Source: Isurus oxyrinchus (Eukaryota). From it: 64,000 nucleotides of DNA. The stretch covers positions 2,914,001 to 2,978,000 of the forward strand of contig JANJGN010000041.1 of NCBI GenBank assembly GCA_026770705.1. Reading direction: 5' to 3'. Below the pieces are notes generated by a model. It saw nothing but the letters and a program-made list of their open reading frames with translations. It was not told where the DNA came from and did no database searches. Positions 52,411 through 64,000 of this stretch are shown here, one piece after another (the stretch's first letter is position 1; each line of letters starts with the position of its first letter). A program made the translations under genes and the position numbers.

Positions 52411-52894
52411 AAATCATTTTAACCATTTGCTGCTCTTTGTATGTTTCCCATGTATCAGGATCGGTGTTTCCTGCATTTATTGAGGTAATTATTTCCTTCC
52501 CCTCTCATAACTTTTTCTTGACCCCGACTTGACCTTGGATGTCTTTTTGGAAATTAGTTGTGTTGCAGGTTGGGACCTGTAACAAGTTGGGGCCTGTAAC
52601 AAATTAAATTATCTTTGAACAACCTTGCAATGTCGTTTGCCTTTCTCATTCAAATATTTACCCCTTGTTGTTTGTCAGAGAATGAATTATCTCAGACACA
52701 TTCAAGGATCTCCTCAACTTTCTAACATATGCTGGTCTGCTTATCAGAAACGTCATGGAATTTGCATTGACAAAGATGTACATAATTCATGTAACATTTT
52801 ATTGCTAAAAAACAGCTCATATTCAGGGAACGGGACTTGATCTCAGGAAGGAATGCGAAGGAAAGAAATGAAATGCAAAGAGATCGAGTAATGG

Positions 52895-54512
52895 CATAGA
52901 AACATAGAAATATAAACACAAGCGGGAGTAGGCCATTCGGCACTTCTATCCTCATCAGCCATTCATTATGATCATGTTTGATCATCCAACTCAATATTCT
53001 GCTCACGCTTTCTGCGCATACTCGTTTGTGCCTCTCGCCCCAAGAGCAATACCCAACTCCCACTTGAAAACATAAAATATGTTGGCGTCAATTACTTTCT
53101 GTGGTAGTGAAGTCCAGAGGCCCACCACTGTCTGAGTGAGGAAATGTCTCCTCATTTCAGTCCTTAAAGGTCTCCCTCGTATCCACAGATGGTGACCACT
53201 GGTTGTACAGTTCCCAACCATCGGGAATGTCCTTCCTGCCTTTGTTCCGCCTAGTCCTGTCAGAGCTTTATAGATTTCTATGTGATTCCCAATCACACTT
53301 CTGAAGTCCAGTGAATAAAATCCTAACCGATTCAATGATCCCTTTATATGCCAGTCCTGCCATTCCACCAAACAGTCTGTTAAACAGTCGCTGCACTTCC
53401 TCTATAGCAATAACATCCTTCCTCAGATAAGGAGACCAAAGCTGCAGACAACATTGCAGGTGTCGTCTTACCAAGGCTCTGTACAATTGCAGCAAGACAC
53501 CCATGCTCCTGTCCTCTAACTTGCCTTATTTACCATTTGTTGTACCTGCGTGCTTAACTTCAGCGACTGGTTTACGTGGATACACCAGTCTATTTGCACA
53601 TTCACCTCCCTCAATTTGTAGCCATTCAGATAATAATCTGCTTTCCTGTTTTTGCTACCAAAGTGGATAACCACACATTTATCCAACTTATGCTGCATCT
53701 ACCATGTATTTGTCCTTTCACCCAGCTTGGCCAAGTCATACTGAAAAAAAGCTGCTTCCTCCTCACAGCTCACCCTCCCACTCAGCGTTGTCTCACTGCA
53801 AATTCGAAGACACTGCATTTAATTCCCTCATCTGAATCATTAATATATATTGGAAATAGCTGTGGACCCATCACTGACCCCTGCGTTCACCTTTAGTCAC
53901 TGCCTACCATCTGGAAACAAAATCCACTTATTCCTACACTTGTTTCCTGTCTGCCAAAAAGTTTTATATGCATCTCAATACACAACCCCCAATCTCATCC
54001 GCTTTGATTTTACACGCCTGTCTCTTACGTGGGATTTTGTCGAAAGCCTTCCGAATGTCCAAAGCAACAACATCAATTGCTCCCCCTCATCAACTCTACG
54101 AGTTCCATCCTTGAAAAATTCCAATAAATTTATCAAGCGTGATTTCCTTTTCATAAATCCATACTGAAACAGCCCGATTCTGCGAACGGTTTCCAACTGC
54201 ACAGCTGTTAAATCTTTCATAATGTACTCTAGAATTTTCCCCACTACCAATGACAGGCTGTTCTATAATTCCCTGTTTTCTTTTTACCACATGTTTTAAA
54301 TAGCAGGGTTACATTAGCTATCCTCCAATCTGTCGGAACTGTTCCAGAGTCCTTAGAATGTTGGAAGATGTCCACCAATGCATCCATTACGTATGGGGCC
54401 GCCTCCTTAAGTAATCATTGATGTAGATTTTCAGGCTCTGGGGATAAATGGCCTTCAATCCCATTAACTTCTCCTACACAATTTCTCTACTAATAATGAT
54501 TCTTTCAGTTCC
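52895..54512 (-). mobile_element. CR1 LINE, RT plus 3' UTR with short tandem tail (CATAGAAA x2 on + strand)
   Basis: ORFs VVGKILE.I.KD, QYGFMKRKS.L.NLLEFF, DKC.VIHFGSKNRKADYYLNG, LYRALVR.HL.CC.Q.WSPYLRKD. Confidence 0.9.
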
Positions 54513-54829
54513 TGCCTTGGAAATTGGAATAGGACACTTCAAGACCAGCATCCTGATAATAACTCTGAACAAATCCACTGAAAATGATGAAAAATCTCAT
54601 CTTGCTGATAGCAGTTTTAATGCTCATTCTGCTCAGTCCCATTGTTGGAGGGATGTCCCCACTGAGCCATAGAGGTATATGGTTCTAAATTTCTCTGATC
54701 ACTCAGTAGCCAGTTTTCGTACTGTTTGATATTTTTTTTTTATTTCATGTTTCAAATTCATGTTTTAATGGGCTGAATTAAGATGACTCTGCGTAAGGCT
54801 GAAAGATTTAATATTAAACATTTCTACAG

Positions 54830-55410
54830 GTTAATTCACTGAATGTTTAGCCACTAGTTGAGCAGTTAGATGGAATGGCGGTTGTTGGGAGCTGATCTGA
54901 ACACAGCACCAAAAAAGGGGCAGTACCGGCTGGTGGATCACAAGCGGACGAATGACCTGCAAACGAGACTCTAGAGTTGGTCTTGCACACACGCACCTCG
55001 TAGGGGTAGAATCCAGTAGCCGCTCGCGATCACTGCTACCTGCTGTGAAGTGCGAAAGTGCGGAATACATGTGTGGACAGTGTGCCGGGAGGGTGCTGCA
55101 CTGTTTGATGTGTCAATGTTTGGATGAAACATATAATAGAGATCCAGTCCACCTCTTCATCAGAAAGAGTATGTCAGATAAATGATTTGATCATCTGGCA
55201 GATCTCTGGGGTGTCCTGGAAGAACACCACTCTCTCAACATGACCTGAGTTTCCTCAGACTGTCTAATGTCAGTCTCCGTTCTTGGGAGATTGCTGAAAG
55301 CTGGTTGGCTGCAGAGTTTTCCATAAAACTGTCTCGGAATTGCGGAAAATACCGATGGTCTCATAAAATCTTTGCACCGTTCAATGACAAGAATTAGCTC
55401 GATTTAAATG
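54830..55410 (+). mobile_element. tRNA-derived Deu-domain-type SINE region, degenerate
   Basis: GAGGGTGCTGCACTGT...GATGAAAC...GGGGTGTCCTGG...TTGGGAGATTGCTG...TTGGCTGC pattern typical of these SINEs; recognised from memory. Confidence 0.45.
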
Positions 55411-56799
55411 TTGTAGCTTTTATTTCACTTTCTCTGGTCTCAGATTGTGAGTGTAGTCGTGCCCCCACTGAGAAAAAAATCTTGGAATGACTTTCATGCA
55501 AAGCGCGTGTCTGTAAAGATCCAGGGGAGGGAGGGAAGTGTGGGCTCTAATTAAATAGATGCACGTTCCTACTTTATTTCGGTTTGCAGGGTTGCCATGT
55601 TTCGGCAGTGTGGACGGAGTAAGTTATAGGATTTGGATGTCTGAAAGCAACGACCGTTTTGCCTTCCATGAAAGGAACAAGATAGTTTACTAGAGACCAA
55701 AACGGTAACATCCAGTGATGGATTTCTGGCATCATTTGCTCTCCAAGCTCTTAGTGAATGATATCTTCGTTAAGTGGTAACAAGCTCTGTTTGATGGTTT
55801 AAATGAGTGACCCTTGACCCTGTATTACTGCTGTCTGAATAATGGGCTGCTCTCTGAAATAAAACTTATTGCAGTAATCACATCCTATTGCCTGTGTCTA
55901 CTTTCACTTTGAGATAAGGATGTCTCATGACAAGGTGAATGAGGAAGTTATGAGGCTGGATGAAGATGTGGGAATTACACGGAATGGCATGAGGAGTTCA
56001 CTGAAGGGAACCTGTGAAATTTCAGAAAAACACATTCAGAAGCCGACCAGAATAAAACAGGTGTCTCAGGGTGTCAGCACTCTGAACTTTCACGGACTAA
56101 GATACCTCACAAATATCTGGGTGCAGAGAAGCCGCTCAGGGTTTTGAAGTGGACGGTGAGAGGGGGTCAGAATTGAGGTATTGTTTCCAGGATTGGGAAG
56201 GGGCACGGAGGGAGGTTCAGTATTTCAGCGCACGGGGAAGTGTCTCGGCCTTAGGAATTATGTGCAATAGCCGGTCATTCTGGCAATTTTTCTGTTCTTT
56301 CATTTAATAATAACGTGGTTGATATGATTGTGCCCTCATGTTCATGCCCTGCCAATCCCAACACCATTTGACTCACTTGTTATTCAAGAATAAAATGATC
56401 ATAACTGCTGAAATGTTGATAGGCTGGACATTTTTGCAGGTTCAAGAAGAATCTCCATCATTTCCATTGAGGGAGCAGCATAACTGAATGGCAATTTCTT
56501 ACTTTACATGTCTTCACGGGAATTGACTGAGTTTTGCAGGAAGCAGCATTCAGACACTTTTGGGAAACCTATGCTCTCGGTGTTCAAACCAAGGCTCAAC
56601 AAACTGATCTATCCTCGCACAGGGCAGACAAATGCACTTTCTCTGTTTTGAAACAGAATTTTCTAGCGTGTCAGAGAAACTTGAAAACCATTTACAGTTC
56701 GGCAGATGGTAAGTAGTTTACAGGATGTTGAAGTTGAACTGAGTCTGGTGAGTGAGTGAAAGCAATGGGAAAGAGTGTGATTTGTTGGGGACTCACTAC

Positions 56800-57260
56800 A
56801 ATGTGTGACGAAGTGAGCGCAGAGTGTTGGGAAGGTTTTAATTGGGTGCCGAAGGAAGATCAAAGGGATGCGAAGAGTTTCAGAGGGTGTAGGTCTGGGA
56901 AGAGGTCGATCAGAGGATGGGGGAAGTTTCAGTCGGCGGTGAAGTGAGATCGAGGGCTGAGAAGAATTTCAGCGGGTGTTTCAGGGCCACCAGATATTTT
57001 GGGAAGAGTTTCAGGGGAGTGCGATCAGATGAATGGCACATATTTTAGTGCATGGGGAATGATGATTAGAATGTTGGGATGAGATTTACTGAGTGGAGAA
57101 AGAAGATGAGACGGCTGTAGAGAGTACCTCTGCATGGGAAAGGGCGATCAGATGGCTGAAAAGAGTTTCAGTCGGTGGGGAACGGTAATAAGGGGGACTG
57201 AAGGGCTTTAGTAGATGTGCAATATTGTCAGGAGGCAGGAAGTAGGGTCAGCCGTGATGG
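56800..57260 (+). repeat. Highly degenerate purine-rich ~41-bp tandem repeat
   Basis: Recurring GATCAGA..GCTG.GAAGAGTTTCAG motif about every 40-50 bp. Confidence 0.6.
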
Positions 57261-57419
57261 AGAGGTTATGGTCTTGTTATGTGGTGTAGAGAAGCAGAAG
57301 GGCTCCAAATGAGTATTGAATTCACATTCACAATGGGTTGACTGGCCTCCTTGAGTGTTTATGTTCATCCTTTCCATTTTTCTATGAAAGGATATATATT
57401 GTGGGTCTCAAATTCAAGA

Positions 57420-58020
57420 TCTAAAAACATAAAAACAATGGCGTCCTTTTAAAATGTACTCACTGCAGTTGGAAATACCGCAAAGACATTTCACTGATGT
57501 GAAGTAGAGCAGCTACTGGACTGCAGAAAATCAAATGTTGAGAGATGAGAAGCCTGGGAAAGGAAGGGTGAAATTAAGGGACATAATAGAATGGAAGTGG
57601 GTGAATGGAGAAAACACGTTAAAGGCAGAGAGTTTGAGGGAATTAGTTCCAGAGCTAATATCCCAGGCAGCTGAAGGCATGGCCACCGATGCTAGAGAAA
57701 TTGAAGCCTTGGTTGCCGCATGATTTGAGGTGTGGAGATGACTCAGAGCGTTGCAGGGCTGGATGGTCTTTCAGAGATAGGGACAGTAAAGGCTATATTG
57801 TGCTTTGACAAAATTGAGATGAATTGTAATTCTGAGACCAAGAATCAATGCAGGTCAACAAGGACTGGGATGATAGGTGAGCGGTATTTGGTGAGAATTC
57901 AGTTATGGGAAATATTTTTTTCTAATGATCTGGAGGATGCAAAATCAGACGTTCACCAGCATCTGTATTGGGACACTCGGGTGCTTCTGTATTTTAGCAT
58001 GCCACATCTCAGAGTTCAGC
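57420..58020 (-). mobile_element. L2-type LINE 3' fragment
   Basis: GAGGGAATTAGTTCCAGAGC...AGGCAGCTGAAGGCATGGCCACC...CAGAGATAGGGA...AATGCAGGTCAACAAGGACTGGGATGATAGGTGA, resembling the reverse strand of L2 3' region. Confidence 0.55.
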
Positions 58021-58389
58021 AATATCTCAGTAGTTAGACCATATGATTATTTTTAAAAGAGCTTTTTTCCTGCCACTCTGGACAATTTCCCATTCTCCCA
58101 CATTAGACTCAATTTTCCAGTTCTTTCTCATTAACGTAACCTGCGTAGTTATTTTTAACGTCTCCTTATGTCATCATCACAATTTCCTTTCCTACCTGCA
58201 TCAAAGTCATCCACAAATTTAGCACTGACTGCCTAAGTATGTTATATATGGTGCATATGTTCCTGAACCCTTGATCAGCATCTGCAAACGACCCCACCTA
58301 AGAAGGAGGCAATGTCGTTGATTTAGCAGCAGAAAATGTTTTGAATGGGGGACCTGGAAGTTTAGGGGGCCATGTGCTATGGCATGAGG

Positions 58390-61221
58390 CAAGTGTGGCA
58401 CGGATTGATATTGGCAAGTATGATGTGGTGGGCATCATCCAGACATGGCTGCAAGGGGATCAAGACTGGGAGCTATATATCCAAGGATATACACCTTATC
58501 GAAAAGATAAGCAGGATGGCAGAGGGTAGGGGTTGCTTTGTGAGTAAGAAATGAAATTAAATTGATAGCTAAAAGTGACGTCGGGTCGGATGATGTGGAA
58601 TCTGCATGGGTAGAGTTGAGGAGCCGTAAAGGTGAAATAAAAACATAACGTTAGTTATGTACAGGCCTCCGAACAGTAGACAGGACGTGGGGCACAAGAT
58701 ACAGCAGGAGATCGAAAGGGCTTGTAGGAAAGACATGGATAAAGTGATCATGGGGATTTCAATATGCAGGTAGACTGGGAAAATCAGGTTGGTTTTCAAT
58801 CCCAAGAAAAGGAAATTGTGGAATGTCTACGAGATGGCTTTTTGGAGCAGCTTGTGGTTGAGCCAATAGGGATGAGGGAATTCTGGTTTTAGTGACGTGT
58901 AAAGAGGCACATTTGAAAAGGGAGCTTACGTTGGAGGACCCCTTAGGAGAAAGTCACCAAAATATTATAGAATTTACGCTGCAATTTGAGAGGAAAAAGC
59001 TGTAATCAGATGTAACGGTATTACAGTTGAAAAAAGGCAACTACAGAGGCATAAGGGAGGAACTGGACGGTATTACTGGGAGATGAGCCTAGCAGGAAAG
59101 ACAATGGAAAAGCAATGGCAGGATTTTCTGGAAATAAATTGGGAGGCACAGCAAAAAATGTTCCATAGGAAGAAGAAGCATTCTGAAGGGATGACGAGAC
59201 AACCATGGCTGACAAAGGAAATCAGGGACAGCATAAATGCTAAAGAGAAAGCATAAAATTCAACGAATAGCAGTGGGAAACCAGGAGATTAGGAAGTCTA
59301 CAAAGACCAGCAGAGGAAAACTAAAAAAAAGAAATAACGAGTGAGAAGATTAAATATAAGGGTAAAGTGGCCAGTAATAGAAAAGAAGATAGCAAGAGTT
59401 TTTTTTTTTAGATTTATAAAGGATAAGAGAGAGACAAAAGTGGACATTGGGCTGCTGGGAAATGACGCTGGAGTTGTAAGACTGGGGAACAAAGAAATGG
59501 CTGTGGAACTGAATAGGTACTTTGTGTCAGACTTCACGGTGGATGACACAAGTAACATCCCCAAAGTTCAAGAGATTTGGGGAGCAGAGATGAGTATGGT
59601 GGCCATTACCAAGGAGAAGGTGCTAGGAAAACTGAAATGTCTGAAAGTGGATAAGTCACCTGCACCAGATGGATTACACCCCTTTGTTTGAACGAGGTAG
59701 CTGAAGAGATATTCGAGGCGTTGGTGGTGATCTTTCAGGAATCACTGGAGTCAGGAAGGATCGCAGAGGACTGGAAAATCGCGAATGTAAGCCCTTGCGT
59801 AAGAAGGGAGTAAGGCAAAAGACGGGAAATTACAGGCCGATTAGCCTGACCTCAGCCATAGGTTAGATTTTAGACTCCGTTATTAAGGATCAGATTTCAG
59901 AATACTTGGAGGTACATGGTAAAACCGGGCAAACTCAGCATGGTTTCATCAAGGGGAGGTCATGCCTGACAAATCTTTTAGAATTCTTTGAGGAGGTAAC
60001 AAGTAGGTTTGACAAAGGAGAGCAAATGGTTGTTATTTAATTGGACTTCCAGAAGGCCTTTGACAAGGTGCTGCACAGGAGGCTGCTCAGTAAGATAAGA
60101 GCCATGGTGTTAGAGGCAAGGTAATTGCATGGATAGAAGATTTGCTGTCTGGCAGGATGAAGAGAGTGGGGATAATGGGAGCCTTCTCAGGATGGCGGCC
60201 GGTGACTATTGGAGTTCTGCAGGGTCAGTGTTGGTACCACAAACTTTCACTTTAAATATTAATGATCTGTATGAAGGAACAGAAGGCATCTTGGCTAAGT
60301 TTGCAGATGATACAAAGATAGATGGAGGGACACGTAGTATTGAGGAAGCGGGCAGGCTACAGCACGATTTCGACAGGTGAGGAGAATGGGCAATGATGTG
60401 GCAGATGGGATACAAAGTGGCGAAGTGTGAGCTCATGCATTTTTGTAGGCAGTATATAAGCATTGACTATTTTCTAAATGGGGAGACAATTCAGAAATCT
60501 GGTGTGCAAAGGGACTTGGGGGTCCTTGTCCAGGATTCTGTCAAGGTTAACTTGCAGGAAGAATCGATAGTTAAGAAGGGAAACGCAATGTTGGCACTTA
60601 TTTCGAGAAGACTACAATATGAAAGCAGGGATGTGCTGCTGAGGCTTTATAAGGCTCTGGTCAGACCACATTTAGAATATTGTGAGCGATTTTGGGCCCT
60701 GTATCTCAGGAAGGATGTGCTGGCCCCGGCAGGGTCCAGAGGAGGTTCATGAGAATGATCCCAGGAATGAAAAGCTTAACATATGAGAAAGGTTTGACGA
60801 CTCTGGGATTGTACCCGATGGAGATTAGAAGGATGAGAGGGGATCTGACTGAAACTTGCTGAAAGGCCTGGATAGAGAGGACTTGGGGAAGATGTTTCCA
60901 CTAGTAGGAGAGACTAGGACCCGAGGGCACAGTCTCACGATAAAGGGAGGACCTTTCAGAACAGAGATGAGGAGGGACTTCTTTAGCCAGAGAGTGTTGA
61001 ATCTATGGAATTAATTGCCGCTGAAGGCTGTTGAGCTCAGGTTACTAAGCGTACTTAAGACCGAGATAGATAGGTTCTTGATTGTATAGGGGATATAGGT
61101 TACAGAGAGAAGGCTGGCGAATGGGGTTGAGTAACTTATCAGCCATGATTGAATGGCGGAACAGACTCGATAGGTCGAATGGCCTAATTAATGCTCCTAT
61201 ATCTTTTGGACTTCTGGTCTT
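58390..61221 (+). mobile_element. Relatively young 5'-truncated CR1 LINE (ORF2 endonuclease, RT, 3' UTR), inactivated
   Basis: YDVVGIIQTWL, MYRPPN, KVDKSPAPDGLHP, NYRPISLTS, QHGFIKGRSCLTNLLEFFEEV, GSVL.P..F...INDL, KFADDTKI, LYKALVRPHLEYC; several stops and frameshifts. Confidence 0.95.
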
Positions 61222-61239
61222 AGTGTTTCTTTTGGCCAT

Positions 61240-64000
61240 GTCTTTGGTGTGGGCTCCGTTTTCAGTGTGGGCTCTGTGTTCAGTGTGGGCTCTGTGTTCA
61301 GTGTGGGCTCTGTGTTCAGTTTGGGCTCTGTGTTCAGTGTGGGCTCTGTGTTCAGTGTGGGCTCTTTGTTCAGTGTGGGCTCTGTGTTCAGTGTGGGCTC
61401 TGTGTTCAGTTTGGGCTTTGTGATCAGTGTGGGCTCTGTGTTCAGTGTGGGCTCTTTGTTCAGTGTGGGCTCTGTGTTCAGTGTGCGCCCTGTGTTCGGT
61501 GTAGGCACACTGTTGAACGTTAGCTCTGTGTTTAGTATGGTCCCTATGTTCAATGTTGACCCTGTTTTCAAACTGTGCTCTGTGTTCAGTGAGGGCTCTG
61601 CATTCCCTGTTGACTGTGCGCTCTGTGTTGAGTGTGGACTATGTGTTGATGTGGACTCTGTTGAGTGTGGGCTGCATGTTGAGAATGTGTACTGTATTTT
61701 GCGCCGGCAGTCTGTTTAATTTGGACCTGTGTACATTCTGGGCTCCCTCTTCACTGTGGGCTCTGTTTTCTGGGTGAGCTCTGTGTTCAGGGTCCGCTCT
61801 GCATTTACTGTGTGCTCCGGGTTTAGTCTGGGATCTGTGTTCAGTGTGTGCCCTGTGTTCAGTGTCGGCTCTGTGTTCAGTTTGGGCTATGATATTTGAT
61901 GCCTCTGTGTTCAGTGAGCAGTCTACGTTTTGCGTTGCCTCTGTGTTCGTTTTGGACTCTGTGATCAGTGTTGGTTCTGTGTTCAGTGAGGGTTTTGTGT
62001 TTAGTCTGGTCCCTGTCCTCAGTCTGGGCTCTGTGTTCAGTGTGGGCTCTGTGTTCATTGTGGGCTTTGCGTTCAGGTTGCCTGTGCTCTGGTTCTGTAT
62101 TCAGTGTGAGCTCTTGTGTTTCAACTGGAACCTGAGTTCAGAATGGGCTGTGTGTTCAGTATGAGATCTGTGTTCAGTGCGAGCCCGATGATCAGTGTGC
62201 GCTATTTCTTCAGTTTGAGCTCAGTGTTTAATATGGGACCCCTTTCAACATGGGATCTGTGTTCACTCTGTGCTCTGTGCACAGTTTAATATATGTGTTC
62301 AGTGTAGGCCTTGTTGAATCTGGGCTCTGTGTTCGGTGTGGGCCCTATTATCAGGGTGGCCTGTTTTCAGCTAGGGCTTTGTGATTATTTGCGCTCTGCG
62401 CTCATTGTTGTCAACGCGTTCAGTTCTTGTTGAGTTCATTCCGGGCTTATTTCCAGTTTGCGTTCTTTGTCTAGCTTGGCATCTATGTTCAGTGTTGGCT
62501 CCGTGATCAGTTAGAGCACTGGTTCAATTTGGACTCTGTGTCCAGTGTGGGCTCGGTGTTGTGTGGGTTCTGTGCTGAGTGAGAGAACTGGTTCACTGTG
62601 AGCTCAGTGTTCAGTGTCGGCTCTGTGTTCAGTGTAGGCTCTGTGTTCAGTGTGGGCTCTGTGTTCAGTGTGGTATCTGTGTTCAGTGTGAGCTCTGTGT
62701 TCAGTGTGAGCTCTGTGTTCAGTGTGGGCTCTGTGTTCAGTCTGGGCTCTGAGTTCAATGTGGGCTCTGTGTTCAATGTGGGCTCTGTGTTCAGTGTGGG
62801 CTCTGTGTTCAGTGCGGGATTTGTGTTTAGCGTGGGATCAGAGTTTAATCTGGATCTTGTCTTCAGCGTTGCCTCTGTGTTCAGCTTTTGGCTTCAAAAT
62901 CAGGGTGGGCGCTTTGTTCAGTGTTATCTCTGTGTTCAGTTGGAGCTCTGTGTTCACTGCGGATCCCTGTGTTCAGTGTGGGCTCTGTGATCAGTGTGGG
63001 CTCCGTGTTCAGTGTGGGCTCTGTGTTCTGTGTGGGCTCCGTGTTCAGTGTGGGCTCTGTGTTCAGTGTGGGCTCTGTGTTCAGTGTGAGCTCTGTGATC
63101 AGTGTGGGCTCCGTGTTCAGTGTGGGCTCTGTGTTCTGTGTGAGCTCTGTGTTCAGTGCGGGCTCTGTGTTCAGTGTGGGCTCTGTGTTCAGTGTGGGCT
63201 CTGTGTTCATTGTGGGCTTTGCGTTCAGGTTGCCTGTGCTCTGGTTCTGTATTCAGTGTGAGCTCTTGTGTTTCAACTGGAACCTGAGTTCAGAATGGGC
63301 TGTGTGTTCAGTATGAGATCTGTGTTCAGTGCGAGCCCGATGATCAGTGTGCGCTATTTCTTCAGTTTGATCTCAGTGTTTAATATGGGACCCCTTTCAA
63401 CATGGGATCTGTGTTCACTCTGTGCTCTGTGCACAGTTTAATATATGTGTTCAGTGTTGGCCTTGTTGAATCTGGGCTCTGTGTTCGGTGTGGGCCCTGT
63501 TATCAGTGTGGGCTGTTTTCAGCTAGGGCTTTGTGATTATTTGCGCTTCGCGCTCATTGTTGTCAATGCGTTCAGTTCTTGTTGAGTTCATTCCGGGCTT
63601 ATTTCCAGTTTGGGTTCTTTGTCTAGCTTGGCATCTATGTTCAGTGTTGGCTCCGTGATCAGTTAGAGCACTGGTTCAATTTGGACTCTGTGTCCAGTGT
63701 GGGCTCGGTGTTGTGTGGGTTCTGTGCTGAGTGAGAGAACTGGTTCACTGTGAGCTCAGTGTTCAGTGTGGGCTCTGTGTTCAGTCTGGGCTCTGAATTC
63801 AATGTGGGCTCTGTGTTCAATGTGGGCTCTGTGTTCAGTGTGGGCTCTGTGTTCAGTGTGGGCTCTGTGTTCAGTGCGGGATTTGTGTTTAGCGTGGGAT
63901 CAGAGTTTAATCTGGATCTTGTCTTCAGGGTTGCCTCTGTGTTCAGCTTTTGGCTTCAAAATCAGGGTGGGCGCTTTGTTCAGTGTTATCTCTGTGTTCA
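61240..64000 (+). repeat. 18-bp minisatellite (TCTGTGTTCAGTGTGGGC)n with ~1.1-kb higher-order duplication, runs off the window
   Basis: Near-perfect units at 61262-61485, 62600-62815 and 62965-63215; the degenerate block from 62054 recurs at 63206 (offset 1152 = 64 x 18). Confidence 0.97.

Noticed and set aside
61082-63316. Repetitive ORFs (NTEPTL)n, (SVWALC)n, (SVFSVG)n, (CVQCGL)n suggesting mucin-like or Cys-rich proteins
   Set aside because: An 18-bp unit without stops leaves several frames open on both strands; degenerate tracts break the frames and there is no splice or start evidence.

Overview
Repeat-dense vertebrate genomic DNA, most likely from a cartilaginous fish (shark); this is inferred from the repeat families and the receptor type, not proven. 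There is one convincing protein-coding gene: a two-exon class A GPCR of the GPR139/GPR142-like type (70-bp coding exon at 10683-10752, which the ORF track misses, spliced to 18657-19594; about 335 aa). The rest is mostly fossil mobile DNA: many CR1 LINEs (one near full length with a zinc-finger/esterase ORF1), a second CR1/L2-superclade LINE family, L2 and RTE fragments, SINEs, a hAT transposase fossil, MITE-like inverted repeats, and a Neptune-type Penelope element with inverted terminal arms that each carry a variant hammerhead-ribozyme motif. A decaying tandem array of ~2-kb units (about 34.3-43.8 kb) carries tRNA-Asp(GTC) pseudogenes. There are four satellites (51, 56, ~41 and 18 bp units), two with higher-order structure. 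The 51-bp satellite clearly, and the 18-bp one possibly, derive from the same CR1 ORF2 motif (RPHLEYCVQFW). All alignments were done by eye and most repeat boundaries are approximate. I found no clearly new multi-gene system; the best leads are the CR1-seeded satellites, the variant hammerheads, the dying tDNA array and the non-canonical GPCR.
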